DNA of 64,000 nt from Adineta vaga (Eukaryota; Animalia; Rotifera): positions 14,012,001 to 14,076,000 of the forward strand of contig CP075494.1 in NCBI GenBank assembly GCA_021613535.1. The letters are read 5' to 3'. Made by a program: the position numbers and the translations under genes. Within the stretch, counting starts at the first letter, position 1. Every line of letters begins with the position of its first letter. Shown here piece by piece: positions 25,743 to 38,789 of the stretch. The notes under the pieces were generated by a model. That model saw nothing but the letters and a program-made list of their open reading frames with translations, made no database searches and was not told the DNA's origin.

Positions 25743-28700
25743 TTAAAATTTCTGTTTTAAACGTTCGAGATTCTCTTTACATTTTTGAAGATGTGGATGA
25801 TTTTCTGGTAATGATTGTTGTCCGATGTGTACAGCTCGCTCATAAAATGAAATTGCTTTCAAGCTGTCTCCCATACTACAATATACGTCACCCATATTGC
25901 TATACGGATGAGTAAAATCAGGATGATTTGGAGGAAGAGATATCTGTAATATATGAACTGCAGTTTCAAATAGAGCTAGTGCCTTGGAATAGTCGTGAGT
26001 TTTGGATAGAACTTCACCAATATTGTTGTAAGATGCAGCCAAATGAGGATGATTCGGAGGAAGTGATTGTTGACTAATTTCGATGGCTTTTTCATGAGAT
26101 GACAGTGCTTTTGGAAAATCACCTATTTTGAAATATACGACGCCAATACTATTGTAAGACAAAGCCAAATCAGGATGAGTTGGAGGAAGTGATTGTTGTC
26201 GAATTGCAAGAGCTTTTTCAAGAAATAAAAGTGCTTGTTGTCGAATTGCAAGAGCTTTTTCAAGAAATAAAAGTGCTTGTGGATACTCACTCATGTTGGA
26301 ATGCACATTACCAAGAGCCATGTAAGATGTAGCCAAATGAGGATGATTTGAAGGAAGTGACTGTGTTTGAATTGTAAGAGCTTTTTGATAATATGAAAGA
26401 GCTTTTGGATGGTCGCCCATGTTGTTGTGCACATTGCCAAGAGCCATGTAAGATGTAGTCAAATGAGGATGATTTGAAGGAAGTGATTGTTGTTCAATTG
26501 CAAGAGCATTTTCATGAGATGAAAGTGCTTTCAGATAGTCACCCACGTTGTAATACAATCCACCAATGTTGTTGTGCGACATAGCTAAATGAGGATGATT
26601 TGGAGGAAGTGATTGTTGTTGAATTGTAAGAGCATTTTCATAATATGAAAGTGCTTTTGGATAGTCACCCATGTCGTCATAAACTCCACCAATGTTACTG
26701 TAAGACATAGCCAAATGAGGATGATTTGAAGGAAGTGATTGCTGTTGAATTACAACAGCTTTCTCATGGGATAAAAGTGCTTTTGGATAATCACCCATTT
26801 TGTAATACACGCCACCAATGTTGTTGTAAGACATAGCTAAATGAGGATGATTTTGAGTAAGTGATTGTTGTTGAATTGTAAGAGCTTTTCCATAATATGA
26901 GAGTGCTTGTGGATAGTCACCCATGTTGGAATACCCATTACCAAGAGCCATGTAAGATGTAGCCAAATGAGGATGATTTAAAGGAAGTGACTGTGTCTGA
27001 ATTGTAAGAGCTTTTTGATAATATGAAATAGATTTCGGATAGTCACCCATGTTGTCATACACTCCACCAATGTTGTTGTACGACATAGCCACATGAGGAT
27101 AATTTGGAGGAAGTAATTGTTGTTGAATTGTAAGAGCATTTTCATGAGATGAAAGTGCTTTTGGATAGTCGCCCATGTTGTTATACACATTACCAAGAGC
27201 CGTGTAAGATGTAGTGAAATGAGGATGATTTGGAGGAAGTGATTGCTGTTGAATTTTATGAGCTTTTTCATAATATGAAAGTGCTTTCGGATAGTCACCC
27301 ATGTTGTAATACGTTCCACCAATGTTGCTGGCAGAAATAGCCAAATGAGGATGATTTGGAGGAAGTGATTGCTGTTGAATTGCAAGAGAATTTTCATAAT
27401 ATGAAAGTGCTTTTGGATAGTCACCCATGTTGGAATGCACATTACCGAGAGCCATGTAAGATGCATCCAAATGAGGATGATGTGGAGGGAGTGATTGTTG
27501 TCGAATTGCGAGAGCTTTTTCATGGGATAAAAGTGCTTTTGGATAGTCACCCATGTTATTATACACATTACCGATGTTGTTGTAACATATAGCCAACTCA
27601 GGATCTTGAGGAGAAAGAGTTTTCTCATAGATCGCAAGTGACTTTTCATACAATCTGATTGCCTCTTCATATTTTCCTTGGTCATCTTTGATCCAACCAA
27701 GTTGATTATAAATTGATGCCTTGGTATTCTCTTCGGCTGTTGGATTAAGTAGCATTTCGTAAATTTCTTCAGCCTTCTCATTTTGACCCAACTTAGTTAA
27801 TACTAAACCCAATCTGTACCATCCCTCTGCGTGTGGGAAACTCTCCTCTCGTATGTGCTGAGATAGTGCATTTAATTCTTTGTCATTATCACTGGTCAGT
27901 GTCAGGCTCACTTCGAACAGTTTGTTATTTTCACCCATTTGTTTGATATCTTGAATACGGAACACGCTGTGCATTGAAAATAGCACTTCATCTTCATCTG
28001 GAATGGCACTAAGTTCACGAATGGATGCAAATGCGGCGGTTGATTGTTTTGGATCTATTTCCATTTTGAAAAGAATCCCCACAAGATCTGGATTGGTTGC
28101 TGCGCTTTGTGCAAAACAAAGAGGAAGATCTTTATCATTGCTAGTAGATAAGAAGCTGTTAAACGACATTAGTCCATCTCTCGTGTGCGTCAGTTTGTTG
28201 AAATCTTTTTTTGATAATCCCTGTCCACGGTACACTGTGAAGATTTCATCAATGTGTTGTTTTTTGTGTACTTGTTCGATATGTCTATGCAGATCGGTGA
28301 TAAAGAATCCCATTCGTGTCATAATATCACCATCCAACATTCGGATTGCACGATTAAGCATGCGGTAGAAGAAACACTCATAAGTGTACCACCAGATGGG
28401 TGTTTTCTGATAATAGTTGTGCTTCAATAGTTTTACGTTCTTCAATTCTGGGCCATTCTGAGAAAAAACTTCACTACAATAAGTCATATAATCCTGAATA
28501 TGTGTATCATCGAAGTTAATGGTCAACAAAATCTCTCTTAGGATCTGGGTGTACATGAAAGTTGGATCCAATTGATTTAAATTTTTGCTGGATGGTACAA
28601 AACTTATGGAGACAGCATTTTGTTCACATTGTTGTGCTGCTTGTTTAAGTGCTTCACAGATGTGTTTGATTTCTGTGAAAACACCCTTGATTTTCGGCCA

Positions 28701-29084
28701 TTCTTTTGTCCATTCTTCGTGTTGTTTTTTGTTCCCACAAAAGATAAAAATGGAGTCTATTGGAGACAAATTATGTACTTGAGGTACAATATGCTGTCCA
28801 AGTGAACCTGAAATAATCATACAAACTTTACAGGTTTCGATCGTTTCAATAAATTGGATGCATTGATCGCCATTGGTGTAAATGTTTAAATCATTGACAA
28901 TACGTCGAAGATGTTTCATTGTATTTTGACAATCTTCATTGTTGTTATCGATATTGCTATCTAACCATACGAGAAGAACATTTTCGATCTTTTGGTTTTT
29001 AGGATGACAACGTATACGTGTTTCTTTTGAAACTGCGCCCATTTGTTGAGCCGTTTTAGTGCTGCTTGATTTGCTATTTTCCAT
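25743..29084 (-). CDS. Receiver-like domain + R-S-E mono-ADP-ribosyltransferase + ~16 42-aa TPR repeats (intronless, 1113 aa)
   Basis: N-terminal LVWLD..CMIISGSLGQ..IFIFC; ART motifs VYRGQ, SFLSTS, EDEVLF; repeats of the HPHLAxSYNNIGxVYxNMGDYPKALSYYEKALxIQQQSLP type. Confidence 0.9.
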   Translation of the reverse strand: MENSKSSSTKTAQQMGAVSKETRIRCHPKNQKIENVLLVWLDSNIDNNNEDCQNTMKHLRRIVNDLNIYTNGDQCIQFIETIETCKVCMIISGSLGQHIVPQVHNLSPIDSIFIFCGNKKQHEEWTKEWPKIKGVFTEIKHICEALKQAAQQCEQNAVSISFVPSSKNLNQLDPTFMYTQILREILLTINFDDTHIQDYMTYCSEVFSQNGPELKNVKLLKHNYYQKTPIWWYTYECFFYRMLNRAIRMLDGDIMTRMGFFITDLHRHIEQVHKKQHIDEIFTVYRGQGLSKKDFNKLTHTRDGLMSFNSFLSTSNDKDLPLCFAQSAATNPDLVGILFKMEIDPKQSTAAFASIRELSAIPDEDEVLFSMHSVFRIQDIKQMGENNKLFEVSLTLTSDNDKELNALSQHIREESFPHAEGWYRLGLVLTKLGQNEKAEEIYEMLLNPTAEENTKASIYNQLGWIKDDQGKYEEAIRLYEKSLAIYEKTLSPQDPELAICYNNIGNVYNNMGDYPKALLSHEKALAIRQQSLPPHHPHLDASYMALGNVHSNMGDYPKALSYYENSLAIQQQSLPPNHPHLAISASNIGGTYYNMGDYPKALSYYEKAHKIQQQSLPPNHPHFTTSYTALGNVYNNMGDYPKALSSHENALTIQQQLLPPNYPHVAMSYNNIGGVYDNMGDYPKSISYYQKALTIQTQSLPLNHPHLATSYMALGNGYSNMGDYPQALSYYGKALTIQQQSLTQNHPHLAMSYNNIGGVYYKMGDYPKALLSHEKAVVIQQQSLPSNHPHLAMSYSNIGGVYDDMGDYPKALSYYENALTIQQQSLPPNHPHLAMSHNNIGGLYYNVGDYLKALSSHENALAIEQQSLPSNHPHLTTSYMALGNVHNNMGDHPKALSYYQKALTIQTQSLPSNHPHLATSYMALGNVHSNMSEYPQALLFLEKALAIRQQALLFLEKALAIRQQSLPPTHPDLALSYNSIGVVYFKIGDFPKALSSHEKAIEISQQSLPPNHPHLAASYNNIGEVLSKTHDYSKALALFETAVHILQISLPPNHPDFTHPYSNMGDVYCSMGDSLKAISFYERAVHIGQQSLPENHPHLQKCKENLERLKQKF
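25790..27640 (-). repeat. Coding tandem array of 126-nt units (TPR repeats)
   Basis: Units such as 'gtgcttttggatagtcacccatgtt' and 'aaatgaggatgatttggaggaagtgattg' recur every 126 nt. Confidence 0.9.
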
Positions 29085-30166
29085 TGCTTTTTGTGTTTTA
29101 TGTTACGAATATTAAGAAATTTAGTTGATTACTTGAATAGTTACTAACTATTAAGCGACGAAATTTTGCTCATTATGCAGATGTTCACTTCGTTTTCGAA
29201 TAATTTTTCTCTTTTCTTTTTGTTATTTATTTTTGTATTTCTTCTGAAATCGAAAATAACATAAATAAAAATGCGTGAACAATAGACAAAGAAAAAAAAC
29301 TAATTCAGTGAGGTAATTTTAAAATTAGTATATTCATCGAAATATGGTCGGCGAAAGCACATGTTTTTATTTTGTTTGTTTGTTTGACTGAAGAAAAATA
29401 TTCTACCTTCAGTTATACTCTTATTAAAGAATCGAAAGTCAGAAAAAAGAAATGTCGTAATTTAAATTTGTAAATAATATTTAGGATAAGTATGAGATTA
29501 GATCTCTCTTCTGTTCACATTCTCTCCTTTGAACAAATTACATATTTCATTGTAATTTGTTTGTGTTTTCTACAAGACCAGTTCATCGTGATAGAGATAA
29601 AAGATAAACTAACAGTCAAAACTATATTCTACAAAATTTGAGTGTACTTACAAGGAATAATTATATCACATCTTAGTTTATATTCAAAAAGTTTGTATAT
29701 ATAAAATATTCTCAGTGATGATACGATCAAAACAGTTTGTAAGAAATCAAGCAAGTACAAAAAAACTTTTCTCTTTCTCGTAGAGAAGAATCTTGGAACA
29801 ATAAAGTGTTGCTTTGCTGGTATATTCACACTTCTGGGATTAATTACTAGAGACTGATCGGGAGATAATCAATGTCGATGTACACGAATATCACGTTAGA
29901 TTTTTTTGAACTATATAAACGAATAGCTTGATGGTAGTTTCGAAAAACATGATTTCTATGAGAAAGAGGAGAGCGAGTCTTCAGTCAAGCGTTTCTTTTC
30001 ATCTCACTATCATACATAAAGTTTGGACAGATACGAGAGAAAAAGAAAAACTGAGTATGTAATTTTATTTTATTCTTATTATTTCTTCTCTTGAAAACAT
30101 CAGAATAAAATATAATACAATGTCCAATGAATATATTTTGGTAAAACGATCTAAGGTAACGACATA

Positions 30167-31782
30167 CATATCAGCTTGTACGAGCGTAACGCGATGACGT
30201 TTTGGCCGCACTTTGTTTGATTTTTCTCAAGAGCCGGATCACCTAGACCATCCGTTTTTTATTTAAACTTATATCTATATTAGCCCCATATTCTCTAAAA
30301 ATATCAGCTTTCTAAAGTGAATCGTTTGAGAGCAAATGTGAAAATAAATGGCGTAACGCGATGACGCAAAAAGGCCCATAGACATGAGAGTGCTCTGTTT
30401 CATTCTTATTTTTCTGCGAATGTGTACCTCACATATGAAAACGATCAACAGTAAGTTTGTCGTCAACAGTTCAACGTATCTGATGTATGATAAAACATTT
30501 TCAAAATATCTCTACTTTTCAAGCAGCGTCACTTAAATTAACGTAACGCGATGACGCTTGACTTTTGGCGTAAGTTAGTACTTCTTTTTTCTCCTACTAA
30601 CCATGCAATTTTGTAAAGGTAATAAACTTAGTTTTTGATATCCACAAAAAAGAAATCTCCAACATCTCGCTTATAGATAAGTTTATCATAAAAACTCAAA
30701 GAAAAAATAGTACAGGTTACTTAACGAAAGATGTCAATACAACAGACACACGAGATAATTTAAGAATGTTTGTGCATAATAATCGGCGAATGAGAAATAA
30801 AACGTCGCAAGAATAAAAAAATACACTAAATATTCCAGAAAACTGAAATATTTTTCATTAGTTTTTCATATAGATAAATTCATACGATACAGTTTTTGCC
30901 TGTTGGCACTTGATATAGTCGTTTGACAGGTATGAAATAGAAAATGTAATGTAAACTTCTATTAAAACAACATTTGCGTATGATTTTGTAAAGAAAAGAA
31001 CTCGATTTAGATTTAAAATAGACTGTGCGTGATTAGTGGAAACTAGAATGACGATTGAATTAGATTGGTGCTTTTATTTCAATTGTGTACTATGAATGGA
31101 AACAAATCAATACTCTTGTCTTGCAGATCTATCAATCATGATTAACATAATATAATAGTGAATAGTTTCTGTGCCTATAAATGTTAAAACATCACTCAAA
31201 AACAGTTTTTTTCTGAAGTGAGGAAAATATGAAAAGTTGGAAAATCGTCATCGTGTTACGAAATATTTTCCTAATAAAGAACAATTTTGAAATAAAAATA
31301 TCCGCGCTGGATAGCCCGCAAAAAGTTAGCTTTAGACATCTGGAATTCCAATAAAATCTGCTAATACTGAGAAGCTGGAAAAAACAATACATAATTTTTC
31401 GTAACGCGATGACGCTATAAATAGCGAAGTTTTGTACAGCGATTCTGAGACATACAATCAAACCATAAGAGACCAGTTATTTGATACAAAGATACATCTA
31501 TCAAGGTAGAGTTACCTGATAATTATTAACTTTTCATACATGATATTGTTTCGATAAACGGATATGACTAAACAATAGAGCATACATGTAGCTTTTTCAT
31601 CGATCGTCAATGATATCTTTGTCTCTAGTTACCGTTAACAATTTTCTGCAACAACTCACATAAAAAAATCAGTTTATGTATGTTTTCGACTATTCTCTAC
31701 AAGATGGTGACAATAGTTTTCCAAAGTATTCATTCCAAACTCACGCTGCTGAAGTGACACGTTACGCGTACAAGCTGATATG
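30167..31782. mobile_element. Non-coding TIR element (MITE-like, TA-flanked) with an internal repeated 15-mer
   Basis: Left end TA|CATATCAGCTTGTACGAGCGTAACG, right end CGTTACGCGTACAAGCTGATATG|TA; CGTAACGCGATGACG at 30185, 30352, 30542 and 31400. Confidence 0.75.
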
Positions 31783-33104
31783 TAGATAAGAATAAAAAAA
31801 GAATAATTTTGTATCATAAAACATATTAAATGATTTATCGTTTCTACTTTCAATTGGGAAATCAAGTTACACATATACTTTTTCCCTGCAGCAGAAACTC
31901 CATTTGTATGATAAATAGAAATCAAGTTTTACAAAATATTATTTATCAAAATAATGTACAGTTTATTTAGTAAAGAATTAAATATTAGGTAAGAACAAGA
32001 GAGTATGGGTGTGGGTGTCAATCATCTCGTGTTGTTTATATAACTACATTTGTTAATAATTATACAATATATTATAACATTCGATATAGTATCATTAATG
32101 ATATAAGAAAATTCGATTAGAAATTCTCGAGATATTCCATCGATTCAAAATAAACTACCATTCATTCATCGAGGTATTATCGTCCATTCTTGTGAGTTTT
32201 ATGATATTAATAACCAATCAGTTTATCTATGAAGCACTTTAAAAGTCATCTACGAGTTTGAAATGAATGTTTAATACATGCAATTTATCGTTAAATAGCG
32301 ATAAAATACTTTCAATAGAAGTTGAGTTCTTATGTTTTCGTCTTATCATCGAATAAATCACATTTCTCTTTTCTTCTCTACATTACATTTGAAAATGATT
32401 TGTTTGTTACGATTTTTTTTCTCTTCGAAGTTATTAAAATAACAAAGACAAATTTTTCCTCTTAACATCAATCAATCAATCAATCAACTGAATAAATGTC
32501 AAAAAAAGCACAGAAATGAATAGTTCTCTTTGTAGAAGAAGAGAAAAAAAAAAGAAGGCCTACTAATTCATATGTATTTGTTTATAAAGCAAACACTTGC
32601 ATTGATATTATAGCTAAATTCTGAATATAACCTATAAAATGTGTTTCTTATTCTCTCTTGCATGTACATCCTAAAAAGAATCGAGCCATAAGAAGAAAGA
32701 AATGTAATGTAAATTTCGATTCTTTTTTGCTAAGAATATAAATGGAAAAAAAAGTCGAAAATGTTGATCAGGTGTATGTATATATATATATTGCAACATT
32801 GAGTATTGTCGACACGCGTCGTACCAACGAAAAAAACGAACGAGTAGGAGAAGAGAATCGAAAGAAAAGAAAAAAAAAAACGAAATTCGTATTTCGATAG
32901 TGAAGGTTTCGATTGTGCTGTGCTGGCATATACATATTACACGTATTCATGGATGCTGCATCATCATTTTTCAATATAATACAACATAGAAAGAATAACG
33001 TATTGACATTATCTTCATCTTTAGCAGGTAGATTCATTTTCTTTTTCTGATTCGATAGGATTTATATGTTTGTTTTCTGTTCGATGTAGTAATGTGAAAT
33101 AAAG

Positions 33105-34799
33105 ATGAGTAATTCCGCACATCATTTTATGCCAATACCAACTGATGAAAATTCCTTAGTAACACCAACGAAACTTCGACGAGAAACAAGTGGTGCGTCG
33201 TTACAAACGAATGGTTGTGATGAAGAAACGGATTTCGGTTCACCATTTGGTCATCATGTTTCATTGAAACGTTTACATAATCCATTTCAAGCTCGTGTTT
33301 ATAATTTTCTTGAACGACCATGTGGAATTATCTGTTTTCTTTATCATTTTTCTGTCTTTATTATTGTTATTAGTTGTCTGGTATACAGTTCAATTTTAAC
33401 TGTTTATGCCGAACAATCCTATTCAATTTTATTTTGGATCGAATTTATACTTTTTATTCTATTTGTTATTGAATATATCATACGTGTTTGGTCATCAGGT
33501 TGTCGAAGTAAATATCGTGGTCGACATGGTCGATTATTATTTATGCGTAAAGCGATGTGTATTGTGGATCTATTTGTCATTATTGGTTATGCTATTTTAT
33601 TATGTTTGGGAATGAATAATACACAATTTAGTATTCAACTTGTAAGATATGTACGTATTCTTCAAATTCTTCGTTTTCTACATGTCGATCGACGTTTAAC
33701 ATCTTGGCGTTTACTTGGTTCCGTTGTATATGATCATCGTTATGAATTAATTGCTACACTTTATTTTTGTTTTATATTTTTAATTGTTATCGCTTATTTA
33801 ATATGGTTAGTGGAAAAAGATGAAAATAAACCAGCACATGAAGATATGTTTCATAGTTTTGCTGATACACTTTGGTGGGCAATTGTCACAATGGTAAGTT
33901 TCAATAAAGAATTCAACTATAAAAAATTGACATTTTGTTTTTAGGCAACAATTGGTTATGGTGATAAATATCCTCGAACATATATTGGTAAAATGATCAC
34001 ATCATGTTTATGTATTTGTGGTGTCGCATTTTGGACATTACCATCGGGTATTATTGGTTCTGGTTTTGCTTTGAAAGTTGAACAAAAAAAACGTGAAAAA
34101 CAATTCAATCGTTTAGTACCTGCTGCTGCTAGTCTTATTCAAAATTGGTGGCGAATGGTTGCTTCTCGTCATCCAACTTTAGTTTCAACATGGCGTATTT
34201 ATCGAGTGGAAACTAGACGAATAAATAAATATAATCGTCATACGGGTTCAACATATGCAATTGGTATTCCTGATAACACGAATAGTATACCACGTTTACG
34301 GAATGGTCCTCAACCATATAATTCATCAACAAGTGGAATTCCATTAGAGAAAATCTCCTGGCGTAAAGTACAAAAAGCAGATGATTTAGATACAAATCAA
34401 CGTGTTGCCATTCGAATGATAAGAGTTATAAAATATCATGTTGCAAAAAGAAAATTTCGACAAGCACATAAACCCTACAATTTTAAAGATATTATGGACG
34501 AAAATGCTCAAGGAAATTTAAAAGTCATGTATACGCTTGCTGATATTCAACGTCGATTAGATCAAACATTAGGTCTACCAAAATCTTATCCAATTGTTTT
34601 ATCGGATAAAGAACGTGAACAATTAACATTGAATGCTAAAGTACAACGATTAGAAACGAAATTAACTGGACTTGAAAAGCAAACAAATCGAGTTATTCTT
34701 CTTCTCGAAGAATTATATCAACGTTCAACGAATGAAGAAAAAGATACAAGTATGAATCGAATACCAGCAGTTGCTGAAGAACTAACATCGGGAATATGA
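33105..34799 (+). CDS. KCNQ (Kv7) voltage-gated potassium channel, 2 coding exons
   Basis: QARVYNFLERP, S4 RYVRILQILRFLHVDRR, pore LWWAIVTM|ATIGYGD, LPSGIIGSGFALKV, IQ-like PAAASLIQNWWR, helix B/C KFRQAHKPY..QRRLDQTLG; intron 33894-33944. Confidence 0.95.
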
Positions 34800-35204
34800 T
34801 TTAGTCGTTCGATTTCATATTTAATATAATATTTTCCTTCTTTTTATTTTAATAAGATTTTTTTCTCTTCCGACTGATTATTGAATAAATATATTGTATG
34901 ATTTTTTTTAAGTAGAAACTTTTTTGGTTATTGTTTTGAAAATAATATGATGATTAACGACAACTATAGATGAGTTTTATATACTGGACTAATGAAAAAA
35001 ATTATCGACCAATGATGTTTTTTGAATTGATTTCCGTTCATGTTCTTTCTTGTTTGATTAATTTTTTTTCTGCTGTTGTGAGTTGAGACTATCATCGAAC
35101 GAAGACGTTACCTATATCTATATTCAGTTGAGAGATTCATCACAGTATTAATTGCAAAATTTTACTGAAAAACTTTTTCGTGTATTCAAAACTATCTCAA
35201 CTCA

Positions 35205-35687
35205 ATGGATTTAACAATGGATTTATCAATTCGTAAACAATCACAACAACAATCTCCCGTTGTTCCATCACGGCCTATCCTCAATCCAGCTGCTCCATCA
35301 AGTATGTTACAAAGTTCAGCTGGTCGAAATTCACCACTTTTACCTCCACCACCACCAACAGCAGCAACAGCAGCAGCAGTAGCGGCTCCTGCTCTATCAC
35401 ATAATCCTGTTCATCAACAACAGATCAAACAACAACCCCATCAATATGTTCCTATTCCGCCAGCTGTACAACAACAGCTTAATCAGGCTCAACAACATCA
35501 ACAACGAATAATGCAACAAACAAAATATGTTCAATTACTCAATGTTATTGAAGAAATGGGTAAAGATATCAAACCGACTTATGCCGGAAATAAAAATTCT
35601 GCTGAACGTTTAAGACGTGCTATTGCTTCAGCTCGTGTTCTAGTTCGGGAATGTCAACTTGAATGTGATCGTAATAGTCGACCTTAA
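35205..35687 (+). CDS. CDK2AP1: CDK2-associated protein 1/2 (DOC-1; NuRD subunit)
   Basis: [44 protein letters not shown] after a low-complexity P/Q/A N-terminus. Confidence 0.92.
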   Translation: MDLTMDLSIRKQSQQQSPVVPSRPILNPAAPSSMLQSSAGRNSPLLPPPPPTAATAAAVAAPALSHNPVHQQQIKQQPHQYVPIPPAVQQQLNQAQQHQQRIMQQTKYVQLLNVIEEMGKDIKPTYAGNKNSAERLRRAIASARVLVRECQLECDRNSRP

Positions 35688-35912
35688 ATATCTATTCATA
35701 ATTCATTTTTGTATATATTCAACTGAAACATAATCTCTGTTTGTTTCTCTTCTCTCACACACTCTCTCTCTCTCTTTTTGTTTGTTTGTTTGTTTATTAA
35801 ATACAATACAACGTCAATTGTTATCGATAAATTCATCTTGGAACAGATTATTAAACAAGAAATATTCTGATCTTTATTGTTATCAAAAGAAAAAGAAAAA
35901 ACACATTCAAAT

Positions 35913-37124
<1,212 letters not shown>

Positions 37125-37243
37125 TATATCTTACGTTGTTGTTTTCTTTTCTCTTCTCTTCTCTTATATCTGAAAACAAGTTTCAATCATCAAATTTATT
37201 TACTGAGAAAAACAAAAATAGAAGCTTGAAAATTTTTTCAAGA

Positions 37244-38527
37244 TTAAGAACTTGTTTTAGTGCTTTGTAAAGCTAATAATTTTTCTTCAAGTTCAGCAGG
37301 TTTAAAGACACCATGTTCAGTAATAATGCCTGTTATCAATTGAGCAGGTGTTATATCAAATGATGGATTCCATACTTGTACACCTAAATAAATACGAGTA
37401 ACAAAAAAACAATTGTTACATAAATTGTGTTTATTACCTTCTGCAGCAATATTTATTCCTTTGATACTAGTCATTTCTTTTGGTGGCCGTTGTTCAATGA
37501 CGATTTCATCACCAGTTTTTTTACTTAAATCAATGGATGTTGTAGGTGCAGCAATATAGAATGGAATTTGATGATGTTTAGCAAGAATAGCTAATTGATA
37601 AGTACCAATTTTATTTGCTGTATCACCATTAGCTGTAACTCGATCAGCACCAACAACAACTGCATGGATAGGTTGTGTTCGCATTAAAAGACCTGCCATT
37701 GAATCACAAATCATCGTATGAGGAATACGATCATGTACTAATTCATATGCAGTTAATCTTGAACCTTGATTATATGGACGAGTTTCAGTAAAATAAGCTA
37801 ATTGAAGTTGATCATTAGCTGCCAATTGACGAATAACACCTAATGCTGTACCAAAGCCAACTGTTGCTAATGAACCTGTATTACAATGTGTTAAAACAGT
37901 TAATTTCTTTGCATTTGTACTAGTTTGACTAATTGCTTCAGCACCATAACGACCAATTGCACGGTTATCAGCGAGGTCACGTTTAAGAAATTGTTCCATA
38001 AAAACAATTAAGTCATCAATATAAGCGGAAAGATCTTGATGTTTTATACTTGATGGAATTAAATAATCAATAATTGTCTTAGCCGCATCACTCATATTTA
38101 CTGCTGTAGGTCGAGCAGTAACCAAATAATTCAACTGATCAGTTACATATTGTTGAACGGATGCAATTGAATCAAATTTCGATTGAGAATGATGAAGATC
38201 AACCGCAAGACTCAATACTCCACATACTGCAATAGCTGGTGCACCTGAAAATAAATACGATTTAATATTTATTTTCAAGAGATTCTTCATTGATCATATC
38301 TCTCTCATAATAATAAGATCATAGCAAGTGAAATGCGTTCTTTTTTTTCTCATAATTTATTTCATGCAATGTATACCTCGAATTGACATTGTATGAATCG
38401 CTTTCCATGCATCATCCACTGATTTGATTGAAATATAGATTGATTCATCGGGTAATTTCAATTGATCTAAGATTTCTAAAGATCCACGTTGATATTGAAT
38501 AGCTTTTAGTGTTTGATCTTCAGACAT
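37244..38527 (-). CDS. MRI1: Methylthioribose-1-phosphate isomerase
   Basis: LEILDQLKLP, IR|GAPAIA, ARPTAVNM, LTHCNTGSLAT, ETRPYNQGSRLT, VGADRV..NGDTANKIGTY, WNPSFDITP. Confidence 0.95.
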
Positions 38528-38789
38528 AACTAAAACTGAAAAACAAAAAAGACGAGATATTTTACAAAAGAGAAAACCTTATGCAAATCAATTCATGAAT
38601 ATATATGAGATTTATTTTGTTATTTAATTCACATCACATATATGAAGAACAAAGATGACATGAACAAAATAAATTATGAAAGACAAAATTTGAACTAAAA
38701 TGAATGAAAACAGATCCAAATGATTTGATTTTGTATTTTTTTTGTCACGTTTCTTTATGAGAATTTTCAATTTTGTGAGATTGTTTTGA

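Noticed and set aside
25790-27640. Regular repeat array resembling CRISPR
   Set aside because: Units are contiguous 126-nt coding TPR repeats with no unique spacers, there are no cas genes, and the context is eukaryotic.
26978-27781. 267-aa repetitive ORF overlapping the ART-TPR gene in another frame
   Set aside because: It is a shadow frame kept open by the 126-nt coding repeat; there is no independent evidence for it.
30167-31782. The 15-mer repeats as a CRISPR-like or iteron array
   Set aside because: Only four copies with irregular long spacing, enclosed by TIRs; better explained as transposon subterminal motifs.
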